32,000 bases of DNA. Source: Phycisphaera mikurensis NBRC 102666. Its GTDB lineage: Bacteria; Planctomycetota; Phycisphaerae; Phycisphaerales; Phycisphaeraceae. A program made the translations under genes and the position numbers. Each line of letters opens with the position of its first letter. Position 1 is the stretch's first letter. The stretch covers positions 2,880,001 to 2,912,000 of the forward strand of contig NC_017080.1 in the NCBI RefSeq assembly GCF_000284115.1, read 5' to 3'. The notes beneath the pieces are model-generated. The model worked only from the letters and a program-made list of their open reading frames with translations, had not been told where the DNA came from and did not search any database. Shown one piece after another: positions 1 through 7,792 of the stretch.

Positions 1-1346
1 GGACCCCGAAGCAGGCCGGCGTGGAGGTGCGGCCGCCGGACATCAACCTCTCCGACGTCGCGTTCACGGTCGTGTACGAGAGCGGCGAGGAGCGCCGGGC
101 CGACACCGGCCACATCCGCTTCGGGCTCTCCGCGGTCAAGGGCGTGGGCGAGAAGGCGATCACCAGCGTGATCGCCGAGCGGGCGAAGAACGGGCCCTTC
201 CGCGGGCTCTTCGACTTCTGCGAGCGTGTGGACCTGCGGGCCTGCAACAAGAGCACGCTGGACGCGCTCATCAAGTGCGGCGCCTTCGACTCGCTGCACG
301 GGATCGAGAAGCGATCCGCCTGCTCGGACGCGCTCGAGGCCGCGATGAAGGCCGGCCAGCGCGCCGCCGCCGACAAGGCCAGCGGCCAGATGGGCATGTT
401 CGGGGCACCCTCCCCCGAACCGAGCACGGGCGTGCAGGCGGCCACGGCCGGGGGAGCGGCCGAGCCCGACCTGCCCGCCTCGGTGCCGTGGACCAAGAAA
501 CAGACGCTGGAGTTCGAGAAGGACGTGATGGGCATGTACGTGTCGTCGCACCCGCTCCACGATCACGCGGGCGCGCTGCACAACTTCAGCTCCTGTGCGA
601 TCGCGGAGGTGGACCGCCTGCCCGCCGACACGCCGGTGGTCCTGGGCGGCATGCTCTCCCGCGTCCGCGGCACGGTGGTCAAGCGTGGCAAGAGCGCCGG
701 CGCCAAGATGGCGATGATCACGCTCGAGGACGACACCGGGGCCAAGATCGACGGCGTCGCCTTCGCCGACACCTACGCCCAGTGCAGCAACCACCTGCAG
801 ACCGACCGCGTCGTGCTGCTGGCCGGCAAGGTGGACCGCCGCCGCGAGGAGCCCAACATCGTGCTCGACAAGGTCATCCCCGTCGAGGACGCCGCGGAGC
901 ACCTGACCCGGGCCGTTCGGATCGTCATCGAGGAGGTCACCGAAGCCGACCTTCCCCCCGGCGAGCGTCTGCCCCCGGCGCAGGCCCCCGAGCACGTGCT
1001 GACGAAGCTGCGCGAGGTGCTGCGGCAGGCCGCGCAGCGGATCCACAACGGCGGCACGCCCGCCGGCGTGTCATTGGAGCTGCACGTCCGCGGCGACGGG
1101 CAGGGGGACGACCAGGTGGTGGAGATGCGGCTGGGCCAGGCCCGCGTCGCCGTCGACGAGGATCTGCTCGCCGGCGTCCGCGCCGTGCTCGAGGACTCGC
1201 CCCGGCACCGCGCCCGCTGCGTGCTGGAGGGACCAGCCCGCGTCGACGTCGGCGACGCCCTGAAGCGATACGGAGACGTCGCGAGCAAGGGCGACCTGAG
1301 CTTCGCCATGCACGACGACGGCGGGCAGAGCATCGATCGCTACTGA
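1..1346 (+). CDS. dnaE: DNA polymerase III alpha subunit (DnaE), C-terminal part; 5' end lies outside the window
   Basis: The frame of ORF 21..1346 is open back to the window edge and stops at TGA 1344-1346. The translation carries DnaE C-terminal hallmarks: GVEVRPPDINLSDVAFTV, the HhH segment IRFGLSAVKGVGEKAITSVI, FDFCERVDLRACNKSTLDALIKCGAFDSL, and an OB-fold-like VVLGGMLSRVRGTVVKRGKSAGAKMAMITLEDDTG. Third codon positions are strongly G/C. Confidence 0.93.
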   Translation, partial: TPKQAGVEVRPPDINLSDVAFTVVYESGEERRADTGHIRFGLSAVKGVGEKAITSVIAERAKNGPFRGLFDFCERVDLRACNKSTLDALIKCGAFDSLHGIEKRSACSDALEAAMKAGQRAAADKASGQMGMFGAPSPEPSTGVQAATAGGAAEPDLPASVPWTKKQTLEFEKDVMGMYVSSHPLHDHAGALHNFSSCAIAEVDRLPADTPVVLGGMLSRVRGTVVKRGKSAGAKMAMITLEDDTGAKIDGVAFADTYAQCSNHLQTDRVVLLAGKVDRRREEPNIVLDKVIPVEDAAEHLTRAVRIVIEEVTEADLPPGERLPPAQAPEHVLTKLREVLRQAAQRIHNGGTPAGVSLELHVRGDGQGDDQVVEMRLGQARVAVDEDLLAGVRAVLEDSPRHRARCVLEGPARVDVGDALKRYGDVASKGDLSFAMHDDGGQSIDRY

Positions 1347-1662
1347 CGCTCCTCCCGAGAGCAGCCCGCCCGCTCGAGAGCCCGTCGTTCGTGGACGAGG
1401 CGCGTGGGCCGCACGCCCGACACCCCGGGAGGTCGATCGAGGCAGGAGCCTGCCGAGTCGGGCAGAAGCCGGTCACGAGGACGAGCAACCCTTGTCGGCC
1501 GCTGCCGCTGAGCATGCAGACGGCGCCGGCAGGAGGGTCGCACGCGACGGGGGCGCGGGCGGCGAACCCGCCGCCGCCAGGAGACCGCGGCGGAGGATGA
1601 GACGGCGGCGACCGGGTGGCCCCTCCGCCCAGACGCTGAGGGCCGAACCGCCTGCTGCGAGC

Positions 1663-2160
1663 GCGGCCAGGCGTGGCTGCGCGAGCTGAGCGGCAACGCC
1701 GCTCTGTCTGGCTTGTGCACGAGGAAGCTGGATCGCGACGCGGACAGCGTGGCGTCGCCACGCAGCTATCGCAGCCAGGCTGGCTTCGCGAGCTGAGCGG
1801 CGACGCCGCTCTGTCTGGCTTGTGCGCGAGGGAGCTGGGTCGCGACCCGGACAGCGTGGCGTCGCCACGCAGCTAGCGCGGCCAGGCTGGCTTCGAGAGC
1901 TGAGCGGCGACGCCGCTCTGTCTGCTTGTGCGCAAAGGAGCTGGATTGGCGACGCGGCCAGGCTGGCTTCGCGAGCTGAGCGGCGACGCCGCTCTGTCTG
2001 CTTGTGCGCGAGGGAGCTGGATCGGGAGTCGGACAGCGTGGCGTCGCCACGCAGCTACCGCGGCCAGCCTGGCTTCGAGAGCTGAGCGGCGACGCCGCTC
2101 TGTCTGCCTTGTGCGCGAGGGAGTTGGATCGCCACCCGGACGGCGTGGCGTCGCCGCGCG
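1663..2160. repeat. Tandem array of five ~107-bp units (one truncated to 76 bp), each with two 17-nt perfect palindromes
   Basis: Unit starts read at 1663, 1771, 1878, 1954 and 2060. Representative unit 1771-1877: gcagccaggctggcttcgcgagctgagcggcgacgccgctctgtctggcttgtgcgcgagggagctgggtcgcgacccggacagcgtggcgtcgccacgcagctagc. Palindromes are GAGCGGCG-A-CGCCGCTC (e.g. 1795-1811) and GCGTGGCG-T-CGCCACGC (e.g. 1844-1860). There are no unique spacers. Confidence 0.9.
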
Positions 2161-2167
2161 GGCCGAC

Positions 2168-3757
2168 TCACCCGCCGGTGCCCGCGGCGAGCGCCAGCAC
2201 CGCTTCATACCGATCCTCGAAGAAGGCGCTCCAGGCGAGCTGACGCTTCATGCCTTCGTCGCCGCCGGGGCCTCTGAGCTGGAGCTTGAAGGCGTCGATC
2301 GCGGCGGCGGCTTCCGCGTGTCGCGGGGCGGAGGGGTCGGCGACCGCATCCCACCACCGCTGCTCCGTCAGCGACTCGTCGGGCCACGAAAGCGTGAGGG
2401 CGGGAGGCAGGGCGTCGAAGGCGGCGAGCATCTCCGCGCGGCGCGGGTGGCCCTCGGGCGTGGCGAGCAGGGCCTCCCACGCGGCCACGAGCAGGTCGTG
2501 GTGGTCGACGGCGAGGGCGTGCACGACCGGGGCGATCACCGGGAAGTAGCCGGGCACGCCATCGGGCACGGGGGAGGCGTCGGCGAAGGGGCGGGCCTCG
2601 CCATCGGTCCAGGTGGCGGTCTCTTCGGGCGTGTAGAGCGAGGCCAGCACGGGCAGGCGGCGGAGCTCGAAGCGGGCGGGACCGCCCGGCTCGCCGGCGC
2701 GGCGCTGCCAGAGGCGCTGGGCGGCGGGCCGGATCACGAAGGCGATGAAGTCCTCCGCGTCGTCGCGGTGCGGGGCGCCGCGGAGGAGCGTGACGGGATC
2801 CGCGCTGGCGACGGTTTGGCTGCGGCCGCCGAGCACCGGGTCTGCGTAGCCGACGTCCGCGGCCGAGAAGCCCCCGTCCTCGCCGGCGGCGAAGCCGGCC
2901 TGGAAGCGTCCGTAGAAGTCGATGCAGATGCCCGCGGCGGCGTCGCCGCGCGCGACATCCATCGGGATCTTCGTGGAGGCGGCGGCGAAGTACCGGCTGT
3001 TGGCGAAGACCCGGCGGAGCGTCCGCCAGCCGCGGGTCCAGCCCTGCCGGCGGAGCACCGTCTCCAGCGTGGCCGCGACGGAGCTGGAGTGGCCGGGATC
3101 CGCCATCGCGACCTGCCCGAGGTAGGCGGGCGCGGCGAGGTCGCCCCAGTCGCGTGGCTCCGGCAGGCCGAGCATCGTGAGCAGGTCGCGGTTGTAGACG
3201 ATGCCGAAGCTGGACAGCGCCGTGCCGGTCCAGCGGTTGTCCTCCCCGAGCAGCGGCTCCCCGCCGATGTCGCGGCTCGGGAAGGCCTCGGCCAGCAGGC
3301 CGGCGGGCAGATCCGGCGCGACCGACACCGGGTGCTGCCGGCCGTCCGGCCCCTCCACGCCGGCGATCAGCTTGTCGTGGTCGTACGCGCCGCCACCGAA
3401 GAGCAGGTCGGCGCCGATGCCGCGGTCCAGGGCCGCCTCGGGGTCGTCCCCGCGGCCGAGCAACGCCTGGAACTGGTCGAGGATCCCCCGACGCAGGTCC
3501 GACGTGCCGCCGGAGGCCCGCCAGTCGAAACCCACCGCCGGGAGGCCGCGGGCGGCTCGGTCCGCCGCGTAGGCCCGCTCGAACTCTTCGCGGATCTGCT
3601 CGTTGTGGGGCGTGTAGACGACCAACCGGGCGTCGGCTCCGCCGGGCCCCTCCCGCACCGCCACGGCCCCGAGGCCGAAAGCCCGCAGGGCGTAGGGCAG
3701 GCCGATGACGCCCGCGAGCGCGAGCACGACGAGCAGCTTGGGGAGGTGGTCCCGCAT
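2168..3757 (-). CDS. Extracellular solute-binding protein (type 2 periplasmic-binding fold, iron(III)/polyamine-like ABC substrate-binding protein), N-terminally anchored
   Basis: ORF 2168..3859. I place the start at ATG 3757 (MRDHLPKLLVVLALAGVIGLPYAL, a hydrophobic signal/anchor), which removes the overlap with ispH. SBP-like segments: LVVYTPHNEQIREEFERAY, DLLFGGGAYDHDK, SSFGIVYNRDLL, GQVAMADPGHSSS, STKIPMDVARGDAAAGICIDFYG. No permease or ATPase gene is adjacent. Confidence 0.72.
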   Translation of the reverse strand: MRDHLPKLLVVLALAGVIGLPYALRAFGLGAVAVREGPGGADARLVVYTPHNEQIREEFERAYAADRAARGLPAVGFDWRASGGTSDLRRGILDQFQALLGRGDDPEAALDRGIGADLLFGGGAYDHDKLIAGVEGPDGRQHPVSVAPDLPAGLLAEAFPSRDIGGEPLLGEDNRWTGTALSSFGIVYNRDLLTMLGLPEPRDWGDLAAPAYLGQVAMADPGHSSSVAATLETVLRRQGWTRGWRTLRRVFANSRYFAAASTKIPMDVARGDAAAGICIDFYGRFQAGFAAGEDGGFSAADVGYADPVLGGRSQTVASADPVTLLRGAPHRDDAEDFIAFVIRPAAQRLWQRRAGEPGGPARFELRRLPVLASLYTPEETATWTDGEARPFADASPVPDGVPGYFPVIAPVVHALAVDHHDLLVAAWEALLATPEGHPRRAEMLAAFDALPPALTLSWPDESLTEQRWWDAVADPSAPRHAEAAAAIDAFKLQLRGPGGDEGMKRQLAWSAFFEDRYEAVLALAAGTGG

Positions 3758-3797
3758 CGCGGACGAGGGTACCCGGGCGTGCCGTAGGATCCCGGCC

Positions 3798-4805
3798 GTG
3801 AAGGTCCTGCTCGCCAACCCCCGCGGCTTCTGCGCCGGCGTCGAGATGGCGATCGACACCGTGCAGGAGCTGGTCGACCTGATCGGGACGCCGCTCTACG
3901 TGTTCCACGCGATCGTGCACAACAAGCACGTGGTCGAGCGTTTCGTGGAGCAGGGCGTGACCTTCGTGGAGAGGATCGACGAGGTGCCCGAGGGCGAGAC
4001 GGTCGTCTTCAGCGCGCACGGCGTCTCGCCGGCGGTGCGGGCGGAGGCGGCGGCGCGGGGGCTGAAGATGATCGACGCGACCTGCCCGCTGGTCACCAAG
4101 GTGCACGTGGAAGCCCGCCGCTACGCCCGCATGGGCCGGCACATCCTGCTGATCGGCCACGCGGATCACCAGGAGGTGAAGGGCACGCTCGGCGAGGCGC
4201 CCGCCGACACCACGGTGGTGGAGTCCGCGGCGGACGTCGCGGAGCTGGACTTCCCGCCGGATCAGGAGCTCATCTACCTGACGCAGACGACGCTGTCGGT
4301 GGACGATGCGCAGACCGTGATCCGGGCCATCGAGGCGCGCTTCCCCCGGTGCACCGCCCCGCCGAAGGAAGACATCTGCTACGCGACCACGAACCGGCAG
4401 CACGCGGTGATGGAGCTGGCCAGCCAGGCGGACCTGACGCTGGTGGTCGGCTCGGCGAACAGCAGCAACAGCGTGCGGCTGACCGAGATCAGCGAGAACC
4501 GCGGGACCCCGGGCCGGCTGGTCGACGACGCGAGCGGGCTGGACCCGGCCTGGTTCGAGGGCGTGGAGACGGTGCTGCTGACCGCGGGGGCCTCGGCGCC
4601 CGAGGACCTCGTCGAGGGCGTGAAGCGGTGGCTGATCGAGCGCTTCGGCGCCGAGGTGGAGGACCCCGAGCCGGTGGACGAGGGCATGAACTTCGCGCTC
4701 CCGGTGGAGCTCCGCGTGATGATCAACCGCGGCGGCGGCAAGCCCAAGACGCACCGGCGGCGGCCCGAGCCGACGCACGCGGCGACGCCGGGATCCGACG
4801 CTTGA
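3798..4805 (+). CDS. ispH: 4-hydroxy-3-methylbut-2-enyl diphosphate reductase (IspH/LytB)
   Basis: GTG at 3798 gives MKVLLANPRGFCAGVEMAI, the canonical IspH N-terminus. The three cluster-cysteine contexts are present (RGFCAGV, IDATCPLVTKVH, EDICYATTNRQ). Stop is TGA 4803-4805. The upstream ATG 3705 would add 31 non-conserved residues overlapping the divergent gene. Confidence 0.93.
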   Translation: MKVLLANPRGFCAGVEMAIDTVQELVDLIGTPLYVFHAIVHNKHVVERFVEQGVTFVERIDEVPEGETVVFSAHGVSPAVRAEAAARGLKMIDATCPLVTKVHVEARRYARMGRHILLIGHADHQEVKGTLGEAPADTTVVESAADVAELDFPPDQELIYLTQTTLSVDDAQTVIRAIEARFPRCTAPPKEDICYATTNRQHAVMELASQADLTLVVGSANSSNSVRLTEISENRGTPGRLVDDASGLDPAWFEGVETVLLTAGASAPEDLVEGVKRWLIERFGAEVEDPEPVDEGMNFALPVELRVMINRGGGKPKTHRRRPEPTHAATPGSDA

Positions 4806-4867
4806 GCGCGGCGTCGTCGCCCTGGGACCTCGGCCGCGGGCCGGCGGCGGTCGGCGCCGCACCGGGC

Positions 4868-5407
4868 GTGCGGTGCCACGCCACCGGGGCCTTGATCGCG
4901 CCCGGCGAGGCGTGCCGCTCGGTGCTGATCCCGGCGGAGCCGGCGGGGGAGGCGAGCGATCGGCCCGCCGGCTCGCCCTTCCAGCGGATCGACGTTTCCG
5001 AGGCCGCCTGGGCCGCGGGGCACCGGCCCGCCCACGCCTACTCCCACTGGCGCGGCCGCGTGCCCGACGCGGCCACGCCGCGGCGGGAGCCGCTGGACGT
5101 GCCCGGGCTGCTGGAGCTGGTCACGCGGCTGGGCGAGGGCGACGCCGACGAGGAGCACGGCGTCGCCGCCTTCCGCTTCGTGCTGGCGTTGCTCTTGATG
5201 CGGCGGAAGATGCTGCGGCTCGACGGCACCCGCGAGGCGGGCGACCGCACCGTCTGGACCTTCACGCGGAAGGAGAACGTGGCCCGCGGGCCGCTGGGAC
5301 GCTGGGCGGAGGGCGACACGCTGGACGTCGCCGATCCGGGGCTCACCGACGAGGACGCGGTCGCGGTCGCGGCTCAGCTGCACGAAGCCCTGGGGGTGGA
5401 ACCTTGA
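4868..5407 (+). CDS. Hypothetical protein (start uncertain: GTG 4868 or TTG 4802)
   Basis: This is the 3' part of ORF 4349..5407, downstream of the ispH stop. It has very high GC3 and a non-shadow amino-acid composition (…FRFVLALLLMRRKMLRLDGTREAGDRTVWTFTRKENVARGPLGRWAEGDTLDV…). I recognise no family. Its stop TGA 5405-5407 overlaps the TTG start of the next gene. Confidence 0.5.
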   Translation: MRCHATGALIAPGEACRSVLIPAEPAGEASDRPAGSPFQRIDVSEAAWAAGHRPAHAYSHWRGRVPDAATPRREPLDVPGLLELVTRLGEGDADEEHGVAAFRFVLALLLMRRKMLRLDGTREAGDRTVWTFTRKENVARGPLGRWAEGDTLDVADPGLTDEDAVAVAAQLHEALGVEP

Positions 5408-6267
5408 GAACGCCGCTGCTCCTGGGGATCCTCCTGGTCCTGGCGCTGCCCGGCTGCCGGGCGCCCGCGGGCGGTGGCGGCGGCGCGGCGGGCGCCCCCT
5501 TGGTCCCCCCGCCGATCGGGAACGCCGGCCAGAGAGTCCCGGCCTACGGCGAGGTCATCCGCCGCTACAACGCCGCCGCTCCGGCCGGGCTCTCCCGCTT
5601 CTCTGCCTCCGTCGGCGTCGAGCTGGCCTACGCCGAGCCCGGCGGAGCGACGCGGGAGGAATCGGGCGCCGGGAAGCTGCTGTACCGCCGCCCAAGCGAC
5701 ACCGCCCTGTCGGTCGGCGTGCTCGGCAACACGATCCTCTGGGCGGGCTCCAACGCGAACCGCTGGTGGGTGTTCTCGGATCTGCACCGGGAGGGACGGC
5801 TGACGGACGGCCCGCTGGCCGGCGGTCCCTCCGGCGTCGCCGGCCTGCCCTTCCGCCCCGACGCCGTGCCGCTCGTGCTGGGCTTGCAACCGCTGGATCC
5901 CGACGCCGTGCCGCCGGAACCCGCCGTCGAGCGGGTCAACGGCTTCTGGCTCGTGGAGCCCCCGGGCGTCGGCGCCCGCCTGCTGATCGATCCGCGGACG
6001 GCCCGCGCGGTGCGCGTCGACCTGCTCGGCCCCGGAGGCCGCTCCCGCGTCGCGGTCCGCCTCGACGGCGAGGCCCCGGTCGCGGGGGCCGAGCCCGGCA
6101 CCACGCTGCCGCGGCTCATCGACGCTTACCCGCTCGACGGCGGCACGCGGCTGACCCTGACCGTCCGCTCCGCCGGCGCCGACGACCCCGCCCTCCGGGA
6201 CCGGCTCTTCGACCTGGACTTCCTGATCGGCTACCACCGCCCCGCGACCCGCGACGGCGAGCCCTGA
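5404..6267 (+). CDS. Putative lipoprotein of unknown function
   Basis: TTG 5404 gives LRTPLLLGILLVLALPGC, a signal peptide with an L-P-G-C lipobox. It overlaps the upstream stop (cTTGAga). Coding-like GC3 continues to TGA 6265-6267. No family recognised. Confidence 0.65.
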   Translation: MRTPLLLGILLVLALPGCRAPAGGGGGAAGAPLVPPPIGNAGQRVPAYGEVIRRYNAAAPAGLSRFSASVGVELAYAEPGGATREESGAGKLLYRRPSDTALSVGVLGNTILWAGSNANRWWVFSDLHREGRLTDGPLAGGPSGVAGLPFRPDAVPLVLGLQPLDPDAVPPEPAVERVNGFWLVEPPGVGARLLIDPRTARAVRVDLLGPGGRSRVAVRLDGEAPVAGAEPGTTLPRLIDAYPLDGGTRLTLTVRSAGADDPALRDRLFDLDFLIGYHRPATRDGEP

Positions 6268-6268
6268 G

Positions 6269-6306
6269 GGCTCGCACGGCCGCGGCCGGCCGCGGCCGTG
6301 CGAGCC
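6269..6306. terminator. Perfect 38-nt palindrome (19+19) between convergent genes; candidate bidirectional terminator
   Basis: ggctcgcacggccgcggcc|ggccgcggccgtgcgagcc is an exact reverse complement. It begins 2 nt after the lipoprotein stop and lies 70 nt from the kinase stop. There is no flanking T/A run, so termination is inferred only from position and stem strength. Confidence 0.45.
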
Positions 6307-6375
6307 GCGACGCCACCGGACCTGCTGCCGCGCACCGCCGGCCCCGACGCGGCGGGCGGCCGCCGATCCGCGGAC

Positions 6376-7686
6376 TCAGCCCGTCACCAGCACCCCGAAG
6401 AGCATCAGCAGCACGCCGAGGGCCGTCACCCAGCCGATCACCGCGAGCCACATCATCAGCGTGCCGTCGGGCCCGCGGGCGCCCTCGGCACCCAGCCCGT
6501 CGGCCGCGGCGGAGGCGAGCCCGCCGCCGCGTTCCAGGTCCGAGAGGCTGTTGACGTCGAAGACCCGCCGCGCCTGCAGCGGCGGCTCGCCGCGATCGAT
6601 CGCCTGCAGGTCGGCGAGGAGGTCGCCCGTCGAGTTGTAGCGCTGGTCCGGCGACTTCGCCATGCAGACCTCGATCACCTCCGCCACGCCGCTCACGAGG
6701 TTGGGGTTGATGTGGTCCGGCGGGACGATCTGCTCGTTGAGGTGCTTGCGCATCACCGCGGAGGGGTTCGCGCCGTCGAAGGGCACCTTCCCGGTGACCA
6801 TGTGGTAGAGGGTGGCCCCCAGCGAGTAGATGTCGGCTCGGAAGTCGACGTTGACCTCGCCGCGGATTTGCTCGGGGCTGATGTAGTAGGGCGTGCCGTA
6901 CGCCTTGCCGGCCTCGGCCTCGGCGGCCTCCCGGTCGGAGATCGCGCGGGCGAGGCCCATGTCCGCGAGCTTCGTGCGACCGGAGTGGTCGTCGATCATG
7001 ATGTTCTTGGGCTTCACGTCGCGGTGGATGAAACCCTGGCTGTGGGCGTGTGCGAGCGCCTCGGTGACGTCGATGGCCACCTTCAGCGCGTCGTGCTCGT
7101 CGTAGCGCCCTTTCGCGACGATGTCGTCGAAGACCGTCCGGCCGTCCACGAACTCCATCACGAAGTAGTGGTACGGGCCGGCGTTGGCCACGTCGAAGGC
7201 CTGCACGATGTTGGGGTGGTTCAGCTTCGCGGCCGCGCGCCCCTCGGCGTAGAACCGCTGGACGAAGTCCTCGCTCTTGGTGAACTTCTGCGGCAGCACC
7301 TTGATGGCCACCATCCGGTCCAGCGAGATCTGCTTCGCCTTGTAGACGGTGGCCATGGCGCCCGCGCCGAGCTTGCGGAGCACCTGGTAGCCGGGGATCT
7401 GCTGGCCGGCGCCGCGATCGGCCTCGGGCCGCAGCCGCTCGAGCTGGTTTCTCGTGACCACCCCCTCCTCCACCAGCACGTGGCCGAGCGTGCGGGAGCC
7501 GCCGGACGTCCCGGCTCCGGCGGTGGAGCCCTGCATCAGGCCGATGGCCTTCTCGCGGCAACGCTCCACCTCCTTGCTCGTCGCGAGCCCCCGCTCGACG
7601 ACGAGGCGGCCGACGGTGGAGTCGTAGTTGGATTCACCGGAAGGGGCGCTGCCGCTGGTGCTGCTCGAAGGAGAAGGGTCGCTCAT
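6376..7686 (-). CDS. Ser/Thr protein kinase with C-terminal transmembrane anchor
   Basis: ORF 6376..7914. ATG 7686 (MSDPSPSSS…) is chosen as the start because the upstream part is Arg/Pro shadow-like. Hanks kinase motifs: LGAGAMATVYKA, VAIKVL, HRDVKPKNIM, LADMGLA, GTPYYISPEQ. The C-terminus MMWLAVIGWVTALGVLLMLFGVLV is a TM helix. Confidence 0.9.
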   Translation of the reverse strand: MSDPSPSSSTSGSAPSGESNYDSTVGRLVVERGLATSKEVERCREKAIGLMQGSTAGAGTSGGSRTLGHVLVEEGVVTRNQLERLRPEADRGAGQQIPGYQVLRKLGAGAMATVYKAKQISLDRMVAIKVLPQKFTKSEDFVQRFYAEGRAAAKLNHPNIVQAFDVANAGPYHYFVMEFVDGRTVFDDIVAKGRYDEHDALKVAIDVTEALAHAHSQGFIHRDVKPKNIMIDDHSGRTKLADMGLARAISDREAAEAEAGKAYGTPYYISPEQIRGEVNVDFRADIYSLGATLYHMVTGKVPFDGANPSAVMRKHLNEQIVPPDHINPNLVSGVAEVIEVCMAKSPDQRYNSTGDLLADLQAIDRGEPPLQARRVFDVNSLSDLERGGGLASAAADGLGAEGARGPDGTLMMWLAVIGWVTALGVLLMLFGVLVTG

Positions 7687-7792
7687 GGCAAAGCCGGCGC
7701 CGGAGGCCGGGCGGGAGAGAGGGGTGCAGGCGAGGAGGAGCTTACGGAACGGTCCGGAAGCCCGTTCGCCGCTGGCCGCTCGGGCAGCCTCC

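Noticed and set aside
1663-2160. The tandem repeat array as a CRISPR locus.
   Set aside because: The units are contiguous ~107-bp copies of one sequence with no interspersed unique spacers. The repeat is far longer than CRISPR repeats, and no cas genes are nearby.
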